Source: Tubulanus polymorphus
Taxonomy: Eukaryota > Animalia > Nemertea
Length of the DNA stretch: 64,000 bases
Assembly: GCF_964204645.1 (NCBI RefSeq)
Contig: NC_134026.1
Location: forward strand, 310,001-374,000
Direction: 5' to 3'
A model generated the notes under the pieces. It saw only the letters and a program-made list of their open reading frames with translations, was not told the origin of the DNA and made no database searches. The position numbers and the translations under genes were made by a program. Shown here in pieces: positions 25,339-39,068 of this stretch. Positions within the stretch are counted from its first letter, which is position 1. Every line of letters begins with the position of its first letter.

Positions 25339-28300
25339 ATGTCAACAAACATTTTCTTGGGAGTTCTAAAATTAGTACGCGCCGAGGTCCTGACCCTGGA
25401 CGCTAAATCCCTCGGCGCGTTTTTTGATTTGAGTAAGTACAAACTCTTCTTCATCAAATTCTCGGTTATTTTTGACAAGCATCTCAAATTATTTGATTTC
25501 CAACATCTAAAATATTTGATCTCTAATTCAAAGTTATTTCATCTCAAATCTCCGCATTGTTGGATTTCCTAAATTTCAAAACTCTATTTCGGGAACATCA
25601 ATTTATGTCTCACACTGATTTAATTTATTTTGAAAATATAATTTTATGTTTCTAGTCTCTTATTCTATTTCAAATTTCAAATGTTCGAGTATAAATTTTT
25701 CATTTTGACGAATGATGAAATTTTGTCACCACTCTTAAACTCGATTGAATTTGTTAACATATCTAATGGTGAATAAATTTTGAATTGAATTGTGAGTAGA
25801 GGCTCTGGTGGATGTGAATAAACTTGAGGGAGTAACTTCATTTCCTCATTTCCTGGTTTCTGGTTTCGGTTTCAAATATCATCGAAATTGTGATATATTC
25901 ATCATGTTATTCATGTGAATGCTGTGTCCAGTCAATAGAGATAAGTTACGACATAATTAGTTAAAACTGTCTAGGCCTTCAGACCAATGCACTTCATAGA
26001 AAATCCGGATTTATGTTTGATCGGTTCAGTCCATTTAGTCAGTAAGCAAACTGGAGTTTAATCCATATTTTAATCAGTAACTAGCCCATAGTTTAGCCAA
26101 TAACTGGACTGCAGTTTAGCTGATAGTTTAGTCAAAAACTGGACAGCTGTTTAATCCGTATCCAGATACCTGTCACATAATGGGACCAACTTTTTAGATA
26201 CCGCTGAAAAGTAGCACTAGTACTTTACGGTACTTTCTTTTTTCTCTTTGACTCCAGGATCCGAAAACATGTGATTTTCTTTTTATTAATCATTCATCAA
26301 TCGTCAGGAAATTCAGGATCACTATTTTTGATTTATTTTTCATTCTTCGTATCTGTAGGTAGTTGCTCACAACAGTTTGAGATCCCGAGATTATGGCGGG
26401 AAGGAGGTATATCTCACGACTGCTATCATGAGCTTATCTGTGAACTAGTCTCAAGCCACACCCACTCAATGTTTATACTAGATCTAAACTAGGATATTAT
26501 GTTTGATGAGAATAGCTCGGCTCATAGTCGGAACCTTCATCGTCTAATTTGGTGGCGAATCCTAGATATTGCGGCCTTGCGGTGAATACAGTTTATACAC
26601 GATTTATTTCTAACGGATTCATTATTACGGTCAATGGTTAGCGCCTCGTACTGAGTCACTCTAGTTGTGACCTTCCGCAGGACGTGGTTCTTACTTTAGC
26701 TGAGCAGATCATCCCGTCTGTGCCTACATTTGTTGCCATAATAACGCCCAGCTGCCATAGAATTCTTCAATGATGTATCTGTGAGCTTTTACTAACACCC
26801 AAGATTCCTTGGCGGACGGGTAGTTTGCTAGTAAAATATAAGAGTGCTGCCACTTGACCTATTTATCTAACTTCATATGTCTATGGCGATGAGTAAACAC
26901 AGCACTATCGCACATTGGTGTGGCAACTCTTGTGCTTAGTGTTTTTCAGCCTCTTACATCCTCAATTAAGGCAAACTAATTGACTAATCAGTGAATTAAA
27001 TTATCTCGGGTTATTGGGCGAGCTTTTAGAATTACAGAGGCAAATTGGGATTCTAAATTGCTGATGGTCTTTAGTAAAATGAAATGCTTTTGCTCCAGGT
27101 CTGATTTTTCCAATTTTGAGGCCTGCATTAACTGACACTTATTCATCGATGAATCGTCTACAACATCATTGTTCAGTTTCAATCATCCTTATGTGCGGTC
27201 GTTTGATTGAAGTTTCGGATTGACTATTTCGTCATTTTCATTGTTCTTGTACGGAAGTAGATTGATTTCTGTCCTCAACAGTTGCAGACTGAAGTTCTCA
27301 GTAATTTCTTGTACAAGTTGAAGTTTTCTGCATCGATCATGCAGCAGGTGTCCATTGGCAGATGTCCGTTGGCAGGTGTCTGTTGGCAGGTGTCCATTGG
27401 CAGATGTCCGTTTGCAGTTTCTGCGTGAAATCATTAGACATCTCTTCATTTACTTATAGGAGGTTTACATGTTTGTTATCAGTCAGCATCCCACATTTTT
27501 AATATCTCGGACCAGTTATCCGGTCCAAATCGATGAATTTCACCAACGGCACCCCCTAGAAAGAATTTATGCAATATTTTCAGCTGTTTTGAGGTAATTC
27601 CAATCAGAAACATTTGTTAACGCTTTTATCTTTTCCACTCTATTGTGTACGAATGTTTTCAATATTTGTCGACCAATATTTGTCTATCCAGTGTTTTTAG
27701 TAAGAAATTAAGAAGCCAGGTCCCAAAACAGGAGGATCCCATAATGTCACAGTCCCTGAAACGAAAGTCGGTTTGAAAAAACAGGTGGGTCCTTAAAAAA
27801 CGACAGACGGGTCTGAGACCCGAGACCTGGCTGTTATTGAAAACACTGCTATTGTCCATCGCTATTTCGTTACTACGTTCGAAGGAATTTCTGATTTCGT
27901 CCATTCGCCCGTTTTGACTCTTCATCCCTTTCAATGTTCTCTGTCCATTGCTTAATCATAAGGGCTTTCATGGTGCAACGATCCTGCTAAGCTCCAAAGG
28001 ATCAAATATCGATGATCATTTTGACAGAACGTTTCCTTTCGTTACTTTGTCCTCAATCGACATATCTTTTTTACATGGTGTGTGAATCATGATGTTACTT
28101 TCCATTTCTTTTTGATAGGTTCAGCATCCTTTTGATCGATAAATCAAGTAGCACTGTTCTTGTGGTGGTTCGGTGGTCGACAAATTCTGTCGATTCTTTT
28201 TTATAATCCTCATCGCTTGCGGATTCTAGACTAAAGTTGCTTCAATTCTCTCGATTATCACTAAAATTTTCTTGTACGTTTCTTTAGATTCCTCCAGCAA

Positions 28301-31300
28301 CGATTCGAGAACTGTAACTTGTTTTTCGTCGATATCTTCTTTGAGGAGTGCTCCATTTTTCTCAACATTTTTTTAGATATCGATGATAAACATTGTTGTT
28401 GTTGTTTCTTCAGTTCTGCCCGAATGGCTTCACCTTCAGAGGGCTCACCCATCCATGAAAATAATACTACTGTTGATTGTGACAAGGAATGAAGTTTTGC
28501 AGAGAGCTGACGAAGTGACGATGTGCAATCCATTGATTCTTTACTAAACTGAATTGCTGCTTTATTTCTTTATTAAAAACTACACAAATATCAGCTTATC
28601 ATCTCATGGACGGTGTGCGATCGGACGGTGTGAGTGGAAGTTGCGATTAGCACAGATGTTGCCACTGGATCGGATAAGTGCCAGTAACACTCTAATCTCT
28701 GTACTGAAGGAATCATTAACAAAATCGCTATTTTTGATTTATACTTCCTCTTTTTGTCAGAACGTCAACATTCACTTTATCTTTTAACTTTCCTCTTTAT
28801 ATTCGTCTGATTTTAATTAGGTCGCACCAACTTTGTGTAGGAAAATCAACATGAAATATACCATAAGTACTATATATACAGATCGATCTATCCAAAATTC
28901 TGAAATATTCAATCAAAATAAATATAGCGAAAATCTGAAAAAAATATAGCTACTTTTCAGCTGCATGAAAGCATACGGTCCCATACAGTGGTTTAGTCAG
29001 TATCCAGACCACAGTTTATTCATTACCCGGACCACTGTTTTATCAGTAACTGTGTGATTCATTTGGTTCTGAGAACAGATTTTATCAAATTTACTCTAGC
29101 TGTTCTTCAGATAGGCCTACCCTTTGACTAAATGTTTTATTTTCAGAATTCTTTTATTCTCTTAAAACCATAAAAAGTATTTCCTCTACCGTTATCCAGG
29201 CCTAACATTTATCTAGGTCTATCCTGTTTTACACCTTACAAGTTCAACGTGGACATTCCATATTGTTTTTCTGTAAACCGTTGCAGCTGTATTTATAGTG
29301 AATTATTCCACTGAATGATTCTATATTTGAAGGGTAAGTTGTGACTTATTTGAAATACTTAATAAATTCATGTGAAATAGGCCTAAATTCTAAATATCGT
29401 TTATTGTTCGCTGTTTAATGATGTTTGATTTTTATAGATAAAAATCTTATTATAATTTGTAGTGAATCGATTTAATTGTATGAAGTTGCAGCTGTGGACT
29501 GTGTCGTGTGAAATGGTTTTTACACCTGGTGGTTGTTTCTTAAATTAAAAGTTTTTTGATTGATGATGAAAATACAGAAAATAAAGAAGAAATTTGAATG
29601 AAATTTTTTGTGTCGTTTTTCTGTTTGTCATGAAATGAAAATGAATTAGACTTACTTAGCAGAATCCATAGGGAAATGTGCAGAACTCGAAGGAAATATC
29701 ACCATTTTGGAACTAAAATTTGAACTAAGGTTCGAATCCATGACGACGTGGTTTCCCAGAATGCTTCCCATATCCCGTAAATGTTGACTTCATTTCCGTT
29801 TATTCTCTGCCTGAACCGGTAAACTGTAATGGCTGTTCGCCTATATTATAGAATACATGTATGTACTATCAACCTTCTATCTCTGTTAGCAAAAATACAT
29901 AAAAACATGAGAACATCTTTATTTTTGCTGTTAGTGATTAGGCCTTATGTTCTATTAATGCACACGCATGACTTAAATTGGTCATAATTTCCATTACTCA
30001 AAGAGGACATCACAAATGAACTGAATTGTAGGAAATTGTTGCGGGATAAAGAAACATGAAATGTCCAGTCTATTGAAGGACTTGTGTCTAGTATATTATC
30101 TCTTTCAGTGCCCATGTGTAATAAGAGAAAAACCCTCAGAGTGCCCATCATTGTTACCTAAAAAGTAGGAAAATCAATAGAAACTTTGGAGCTCCGTAGA
30201 GTGAAAACTGTAAGAGATAAAGCTTTATGGTAATTGAAAAGTTTGTAGGGTATGAATGACCCTTGGATAATTTTGGTGGTAATTTTTCTTACTGAAAGTG
30301 ACGTCCTATGCAAATGAGCTAATTTGCATGAATTATAATCGGTGACCTATTTATTTGATAACCCCCTAAATTTCATGTATCAAAATGAACAAATTGGGTA
30401 TGTAGCCTCAGCTAAAAGCTGACAATGGAATATTCTATGTCTACGGTCACAAATATATATTTTATGGGTAATTATAATTAGTAAATGAGCTAATAATTAA
30501 ATCACGTGACCTCCGGATAAGTACCCGCTACTTTCAAACGCAAAAAACTCAAATATTTTGAATAGCAACACCACAAAAACGCAGCATAAAAACTTACTAA
30601 CATTTAATCAAGCCATCTAGCGGCAGGTTTCTCCGCTGAATTCTATGCGACTAAACTGCTATAAGAAATGTCGATAAAAGTCGACAGGGCACTGTACGAC
30701 CTGAAATAATCTGTAGACGAAAGTCGACTGGGCACTGAAAAAGTTAGAGAATCAATTTGGGGATTCACTACATGGTCAGATTGTATACAATACAAAGAAA
30801 TTGATCATTTTGACCGCTATTAGGTTCAAAAAATCTTTTCATCAATTGATTTTTGCAATTCTTAAAAACCGGTAACTGCCTAATTAGGTATGAAAATAAA
30901 GGTGCCAAACTGTAGCGGATTAGGCAGAGTCTACTGCATAATGAATACCACTTTAAAATGGCTGTGCATGGAATTTTGTTGATCTGAATAAATCAATCGT
31001 TGGTGTAAGATGAATTATACATTCTAGGTAAGTTATGCAATGAATATGTGGAGTACCGATAGGCCTATTGCTGACAATGAATGAATTACAGCCATTTGTG
31101 TTGATAGCTAAATATTGTTCTTCAAAATGAATGTATTATATTTGTAGTGAGTGTTGTTTCTGAAGGTGCAGTAGTGGGCAGTGTTGTGTGAAATGGTTTT
31201 TACTGGTTTTAGATTCAGCGAAGTGAAATTATTTATGTCGTTTTTCTGTTTTAATTCATGCTGTAAATAGTTTAAACAATAAAATATTAAAAAATCAGTC

Positions 31301-33163
31301 ATAATTTTATCTTCATTTTTGACAAAATATAATATGTTATACACACTTGCCTCATGTTCAGGGGAAATAAAATGCAAATTCTCCCACTTATCGTGGATGG
31401 AGTGTGGCCCTGTATGCAATCAAAAAGTGTTCTACAAAATGATTGAATAGATTTCTGAAGTGTGGACAAATTTTTCACTCATCCAATTGAAAAGTAATTA
31501 CTGAATAAAAGGGATTATCGATCAATTTTTTGTTTACAGCGTGACATCTGTTTTAAATTAGATCTTTTATCGTTGCAAAGTTTCCATTTCAATCGGTTGA
31601 CAAATGAAAAGTTATCATGCGTGTTATTCCAAAGAGGTTCCCAGATTTTGAAAACAAGGGTCATGGGTAACAATTCCATTGATTATTCATTATAATGTAC
31701 AGTTTTTGTCACCTGGAACCTGGTACGTCATCACCCCCCAGACAAATCAAGTGTATTTTTGATTCATGATTTGCTACCAAAATTGATTGTCGGTAATTGT
31801 AGGATGTAATTTATTACAATCAGTAGTTCCAGTTATGAATTAACAAAAGTGTTAGTCGCCAGCAACTAGCAAAGTACCCGTCCACATACAGCGTTGGTTC
31901 TGAAACATATAAGTATATAAGACATAAAAATACCATTATTAAAAATTGTGTTGAAAGATTCAATTATCAGCTGATGATATACTGTCGACTTATCGTTATT
32001 ATGTAATGGATGATGCAAATTATGAGAGCGGTAAAAAGTGAAGTTACAACAGCGTTAGTCGTACAACCATATCGTACAACCAGTGACATGATCACTTCTC
32101 ACAAAATAAGCTTACGATTGCTTCCAAACATTCAAATGACCCTTCTTACCCAACTTTGTTCGTTCTTCCATCACGTCACATTCACCTATTGGATAACTGC
32201 ATCATTTTATAGGTTAATATCTAGAAATACGATAATTATATGCAAGCATGTCATTTATGTGTAATATGCATGATCCTTAATGTTTTTTTTTTCATTCCAG
32301 ATTTAGACATCATAGACTCTATCAACCACGACCAGTCTGAAGCAGCCCGCAGAGCACTTCAAGAATTTAAAGACATTTATACAAGGTGTGTATCTCTCTG
32401 CGGGCCTAAGGAACCAACTCCTCCAGAAATCATTCCACCTTTTGAGTTGGTTCCTTTGCAGGAGGTGGACCCTGCTTCTCCCGTAAATGTGGAGCAGGAG
32501 GTCGCCCCTGCAGTGGTGACCCCGACAGAGGCGCCACAGCTTCAGACGCCTTCACTGCGTCGGTCGCCCCGTCGAAAGACAAAAGAAATAAATTACTCAA
32601 TAGGTTCGGGGCGTCCGAAACCAAAAAACAAAGGCAAGCGTGCAGCTCGTCCTCCCCCACCTCCGCAACCAAATTTTGAGGAGGCGAGCAGTGATGAGGA
32701 GGAATTCGCCACTCCTGGAGCAACACCACCAGGGCCCGCAACACCACCAACTCGCGATACTCCACCACGACCACCACGACGACCACGACAACCACCTACT
32801 ACTACTACTAATTCTACTACTACTACCACTACTAGCACTACTAAGAAAAGACGACCACGACCACCTACTTCAACTGCGACTAGTACTACTACAACAACTA
32901 GATCAAATAATACAAGAAATAGAAAAAGAAGACTTGAAGATGAAGAAAGTGATGATGATTACGAAAATAATAATACGCCCGCCCAGGCATCGACATCGGG
33001 CGCTCCAGCGGGGCCACCAGCTTCCCCCGCTGTCGAGCTCATCGCGCGCGGCCCTGGTTGGTCACGAAACATCGAATATAAAGATCCTATTAGAATGCTC
33101 CGCGATGTTGAAGGGGCCTTTAAAGGAAAATATCAATTAGTAAAACGTCGGCGAACACAATAG
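25339..33163 (+). CDS. Orphan Pro/Thr-rich, basic-acidic, probably nuclear protein (~318 aa)
   Basis: Exon 25339-25432 (CACCATG, MSTNIFLGVLKLVRAEVLTLDAKSLGAFFDL, phase-1 donor GTAAGT) joins in frame to exon 32301-33163 (acceptor TTTTTTTTCATTCCAG). The large exon is a clean open frame in repeat-rich DNA. The splice junction is inferred and intervening exons cannot be excluded. Confidence 0.55.
26270..28750 (-). mobile_element. Degraded, internally deleted BEL/Pao LTR retrotransposon
   Basis: Minus-strand translation at ~27662-27550 gives LKTFVHNRVEKIKALTNVSDWNYLKTAENIA*ILSRG (BEL RNase H end, FVxNRV...W...NPADxxSRG). ~26757-26680 gives WQLGVIMATNVGTDGMICSAKVRT (BEL C-terminal WxLG...GxDG...VxT). 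Stops and frameshifts present; boundaries approximate. Confidence 0.85.
27689..27848. mobile_element. Short hAT-like MITE nested in the BEL relic
   Basis: Termini CAGTGTTTT ... AAAACACTG; no clean TSD seen. Confidence 0.45.
30100..30743. mobile_element. Non-autonomous piggyBac-like element
   Basis: TIRs CTCTTTCAGTGCCCA / TGGGCACTGAAAAAG; subterminal AGTGCCC/GGGCACT repeats; flanks TTAT and TTAG (decayed TTAA); internal ATGCAAATGAGCTAATTTGCAT palindrome. Confidence 0.7.
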
Positions 33164-33650
33164 TATAATATCAGCCCCTTCACTCGCCATCACCCGGGCA
33201 ACAACATCAGCCCAGCACGTCTGCAGATCGGCACTTCTTGAAACTCCGCTTTCCTTACTCCTTCGTCGATCTGCAGTTCGCGCAGTGTCAAATATCTGTC
33301 AACACTCCTTGAACCAGTGGGCGTGCAGTCCTCCCTTACTTTTATAAAAAAATATAAAAATAAAAAACCAGACCTTTATATAATCATTGCTTTTATGGAG
33401 TTTTTACGGTTTCTCCAAAAAAATTTAAAAAATAAAATAAAAAAAATTCATTATCATTTCATCCCTTTATTTATTTTTTGGACAAAAAAAAATTTTTGTC
33501 CATCATCCCATTCATTAACTTTTTAAATCATTTTATTTTTTTTGACTGTACGTCCCACTGTGTTCCACTCTATTTTCCCCATTTTTGCATTAACTCTTAC
33601 CATACCTTATTAACTAAGGTTCATTGTGCTTCTCACAATGCTGAAGCATC

Positions 33651-33968
33651 AACCATTCTTGCCGCTACTTTGCAGCAGTAACCATCTATACCACCTGATT
33701 GTGGCAGTAGCCTTCTTAGGAGTCATCAATTCTAATACCATGGTCGGCCTTTTCAAATGTCTTTCGGGATATAAACCATCCTTGCAACTACTTTGCAGCA
33801 GTAACCATCTATACCACCTGATTGTGGCAGTAGCCTTCTTAGGAGTCATCAATTCTAATACCATGGTCGGCCTTTTCAAATGTCTTTCGGGATATAAACC
33901 ATCCTTGCCACTACTTTGCAGCAGTAACCATCCATACCACCTGATTGTGGCAGTAGCCTTCTTAGGAG
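33651..33968. repeat. 120-bp tandem repeat, ~2.7 copies
   Basis: Direct reading; explains the repeated ORFs on both strands. Confidence 0.9.
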
Positions 33969-35999
33969 ACAGGGAATCGATTTCTACAATAACTCCTACG
34001 GAGTTTGAAAAAGTGGATTTTTCAAATCAAAAGGAACTGCATTGATTCACATAATGTGATTCCTTATCAAACTATCGGAACATGGAGAAGGAATAGCTAT
34101 GTTTCACACATAATGCGTTTCCTTATGAAGCTGAAAATAACATGGAGAAGGAACAGCTATGTTTCACATAATGCGATTCCTTAGGAAACTACATTGAAAC
34201 ATTGTTCAATGTTCCATGTTGCCCCCTCCCCCCAAATACTATGACGTTTATACGTCAAGTGTAAAACTATTATATCATTATTAACATACTTGTTTTTCTA
34301 ATTACAGAATTAAAGATTAATTTAATATGATGTGAAAACTTGAATGATTGAAATGTTAATATCTAATGCTCAACAACGGAGGGAAATCCTTCACATGTGA
34401 TCGGAAGGATTTAAAATGTTTACTCATAAGGAAAAGGAATATATATTTATATACATGAGATTGCCTGGATTAAAAATTGCACAAGAAAGGAAACCACAGC
34501 AAAGACTACGGTAATCAATTTCATTACATTTCTTGTGTGTGAAACCATCACCATCTGGATCGGTGATCAATGCATGAATTTATGAGTTCATAATTGAACA
34601 TAGGATAGAATAGAAAAATGCAAAAATCTGCAAAAATGCAATGATTAAGAATCTCTGATAAAGAAAGTATAAAATAAAGATCTTGGATTGGAAAGTTTGT
34701 TGTTATCACATCAGTGATTGGCTTTTATAGATTGATATTGATCTCTACTGATTCTAAGGATCACCAGGATCAAGGGTTGAGTTCAAAATTCTTGTTATTA
34801 ATTAGTCTTAATTAATCTCTTGTTGAAATCAATAAGGCATATGAGAGAGGAGATTCAGGGAGGTATGAGAGAGGAGGTTCAGGGAATATGAGAGAGGAGT
34901 TTATGGAGATATGATAGAGGAGTTTAGAGAGATATGAGAGAGAGAGGAGTTTAGAGAGATATGATAGAGGAGATGGTCTAAAAGGAAAATTGTTAAGTTC
35001 ATAACAATCGATCAACTCAGTAATAGACACCGCTCTGATAAAGTAACTCCTAATTGCAGGAATTGCGTTTAGCCATTGAAATATGGTTGATACAGCGTGG
35101 AATTGTTTCCATGTAGGCGAGCAATGCATAAAACACACGTCAGATTAAGGCTGTTGAGAGTGAATTATCAATAGATTTAAGAAATCGAGGATGAAGTTGT
35201 TTTCAAGAGGTCGATCATTCATATGGTTGTTAATCAGATCAGGTTCTCAGGTGCTTCCTTCGTCCCCAAAAACTGCATAAGTTGTATCAAAGTATGTGAT
35301 ATAACCTACTAATTGATTATATGAAAAGAGGCTATTTGTAGTTTCTCAGCCATTTTGCAATTATTGTTGTGAAGAGGTCACAAAATCCAAACTAAAACCA
35401 GCATCATCAATAGATTTCTACTGACTGAGACCCGGTCATACTGCTCATGTCGAACAGTTTGTTGTATTTTTGTGGTACCAGTTTCTCACGTTCCAAGATA
35501 GAACAAAGTTCCTAAATTTTGAGTCCTTCAGTGCTGAAATTCCAATTTACTACAAACTTCCTAATCTTAACTTTCCAAAAGTTTGAATTTTTCCTAATAT
35601 ATCTCTTGTTGAAGATTTCATTCCAGTTCTCAAAATTAATTACGGTTTTTGAATATCTGCGAAATATCATTAATTATTTTCCTGGTTTCATTTTTACTAT
35701 TGCCCAAAATCATATTTTATGTGAATTATTATCGCTATTATTGGATTCTTTCAATGATGTTTTGGTTTGATATTATGATTGATCAAGATCCATCTAAATC
35801 TATTTCATTGGTATGAATTATGAAATATTCATATCTGCAAACATTTCATTGATACTTCTAAACTAGTAATTCTGAAAACACTCTAAAAACTATTTTACCC
35901 GTATTTTTAGGACAATTGTAGAAAGTATTTTAAATTATCTCAATTTTAAAGTATCTATAATATGTAAAACTATTTTATCTCAATTTTAAAAAGATTGAA

Positions 36000-36460
36000 G
36001 AGACTATTTTATATCTGAATTTTAAAACACCTGTGATATCTAAAAAATATTTTATCTGAATTTTAATCTATTAAAGAAACTATTTTATATCTGAATTTTA
36101 AAACACCTGTGATATCTAAAAACTATTTTATCTGTATTTTAATCTATTAAAGAAACTATTTTTATATCTGAATTTTAAAACACCTGTGATATCTTAAAAC
36201 TATTTTATCTGTATTTTAATCTATTAAAGAAACTATTTTATATCTGAATTTTAAAATACCTATGATATCTAAAAACTATTTTATCTGAATTTTATACTAT
36301 TTCATTTGTATGTATTTTATCTCAAAGTATCTTTTTAAACTATTTTATTTGTATATATTTAAAAAACTATTTTTTTGTTTATATTTGAAAACTATTTTAT
36401 TTTTTATATTTAAAAACTATTTTATTTTTTATATTTAAAAACTATTTTATTTGTATATAT
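36000..36460. repeat. AT-rich ~77-bp tandem repeat decaying into shorter AAAACTATTTTAT units
   Basis: Direct reading. Confidence 0.85.
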
Positions 36461-36854
36461 TCCTTTTAGAACAATGATTTATTTGTATTTCAATACTAAC
36501 TAAAAGATCAATTTAATGAAATATTTTATATTTGACTATCACTGTGTATATTCGAACCCCAGTGATTTCATGAGAATGGAATAACTGAAGGTCCAGGTTT
36601 TATCACCGAATACTCTTTGACACAATTACGTGGTCCACAACACAGATATAAATAGTGGTTATATAAAAGGCCCATGCTGTATATAGTGCACGCATAAAGA
36701 GCTTTTACTCGTAGTTGATATAGGCTTAGTAAATATGAAATGTGATTGAGAACGTTTTCTCATACTTTCTTTACCTTTTTTCTTGTAGTTTTTTTCAATT
36801 TTTATTAATTCAGTGAATTATCTACTCATTTTCAGTTGGTGTTTCACTATCATG

Positions 36855-37020
36855 GAATGCGATGAATAAAAAACAGTCTGAGTGTATTTTTCATATGATA
36901 TTTTCAGCGTCCCGTCGTATGAAATTTTTAATTTTTAATTTGATGTCATATCATGAAAATGTATGACTGAAAACATCATATGAAAAATACACTCAGATTG
37001 TTTTTCATTTATCTCGTTCC
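36855..37020. mobile_element. Fold-back MITE-like element
   Basis: AAAAACAGTCTGAGTGTATTTTTCATATGATATTTTCAG ... CTGAAAACATCATATGAAAAATACACTCAGATTGTTTTT are long reverse-complementary arms. Confidence 0.7.
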
Positions 37021-37493
37021 ATACAATACAGGACTCAGTTCCACAGATTGATTTGGATACAAGAATTTAAATACATATTTGTTGCATAACTGTGGAACTG
37101 GGACTTGTTAAATTGTGAGCATGATGTTTATGATTAATCACTAGTGCGTTTTGAACTAGATATTAAAACTTTGGTTTCAAGTTAACCTTAGTTTAGATTA
37201 GTTGGTTTTTGTTTAGTTATTTTAGTAATTTTCGCTGTTTATGAATTTGATTCGTTCCAGTTGATTTAAGTCTAATTTAGTTAAAGTTTTAGTTCATTTA
37301 GGTCAAGTTGATTAAGTTTTAACTATAGCTGTTAACTTAAATAAAGTGTAAACCTCTGATAAACTGAGGGTCAATTTATCTTATGATAAGTTACACTCGG
37401 GTATATTAATCAATAATCCCGTTTAAGATCTCCTTTTTTTATGTGGTTCGGAGATTTTCACTGAATAAAATAGTAACATCTTCTTAGAATGTG

Positions 37494-38093
37494 ATGAACT
37501 GAGGGTAAATTCATCATTGTTGAAATTACTCTCAGGATCATCATTAAAACAATGAATGAACTGAGGGTATATTTCATCATTGTTGAAATTACTCTCAGGA
37601 TCATCATTAACACAATGAATGAACTGAGGGTAAATTCATCATTGTTGAAATAAGTCTCAGGATCATCATTAAAACAATGAATGAACTGAGGGTAAATTCA
37701 TCATTGTTGAAATTACTCTCAGGATCATCATTAAAACAATGAATGAACTGAGGGTGAATTCATCATTGTTGAAATCACTCTCAGGATCATCATTAAAACA
37801 ATGAATGAACTGAGGGTAAATTCATCATTGTTGAAATCACTCTCAGGATCATCATTAAACAATGAATGAACTGAGGGTAAATTCATCATTGTTGAAATCA
37901 CTCTCAGGATCAGCATTAAAACAATGAATGAACTGAGGGTAAATTCACCATTGTTGAAATTACTCTCAGGATCATCATTAAAACAATGAATGAACTGAGG
38001 GTAAATTCATCATTGTTGAAATCACTCTCAGGATCATCATTAAAACAATGAATGAACTGAGGGTAAATTCATCATTGTTGAAATCACTCTCAG
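37494..38093. repeat. 62-bp minisatellite, ~9.5 copies, each with an internal hairpin
   Basis: Unit ATGAACTGAGGGTAAATTCATCATTGTTGAAATYACTCTCAGGATCATCATTAAAACAATGA. Confidence 0.95.
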
Positions 38094-39068
38094 TTCATTG
38101 AGGATATTTTAGCGTTAACACCAGTTTTAATTACCCCACTGTTTTCTTGTTATTGAAAGTAACATCACTAGTTGTAGAATAGATGATTAGGTTTTTTATT
38201 GTTCGATGAACTTGCAGTTAATTAGATTGATTAATAATACAATACTCTCAGGTCATTGAAACATAATCTTTAATGTTATCTTAATTTTAGGGATCTAGGG
38301 TTTTACGCTGAAATAGATTATAAATGAATGAAACAATGGAATTTTAAATCAGTATTTTTTCGTTACTGTCAGAGAACTTTTATTTAATTTTTAGGCTTTT
38401 CACTTTTTGGTGTCTCTAGATTCTAGTTTTTTTCTAAAATATTGTTGAAATTTTGTTGTGTTTTTTAATCGATTTTAAGCTTAAGTCCCAGCAGGCTAGT
38501 GTATTCGCTTTTTATCCGTTATTCGACTGGCAGAATAGTATTAAGATGGCTGACTGGTAGCTATTCTTGTTCGGCACTTTTACACAGTTTAGAAGTTTTT
38601 AAGGGAGGTTTCAAAGATTTCTCCAACATTTGATGTTTGATACCGATATTTATCCCCATCATTATTAGAAATATTGGGTTGCTTTAACTTAGTCATGATG
38701 TTTGATAATTGTTAGCATTGTCATAGGACACCACTTACATGGAATCATTCTTACCCCATTTTCTATTCTTCTCATCAGAGGTATTGAATTCATACAATTT
38801 TTCCATTAGTTTAATTATTGGTATTTATGCATATAACCGCAATCAATTGCATATTTGTAGCATTGGTTTTTGTTATGTTTACCGGGGGGGGGGGGGGGGC
38901 ATTAAATATCTAAATTGTCAGATTGTCAAGCATTTCACCGAGTGGGCAAGGTGTCCCTGCACCTCTAGTTTATATCTTATTTCACTGCTTTCAAGGTTCT
39001 CGTACACATTTCATATTTACATGCAGCTTTTTCATTCAATATATATCAATGCCATCCTCACTTGCCAG

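Noticed and set aside
32430-33140. Overlapping alternative-frame ORFs (poly-V, poly-L/H)
   Set aside because: Shadows of the CCA/ACT-rich low-complexity exon.
33299-33340. Minus-strand GGLHAHW resembling an HUH endonuclease motif
   Set aside because: A stop follows five codons later and no other Rep or helicase motifs were found.
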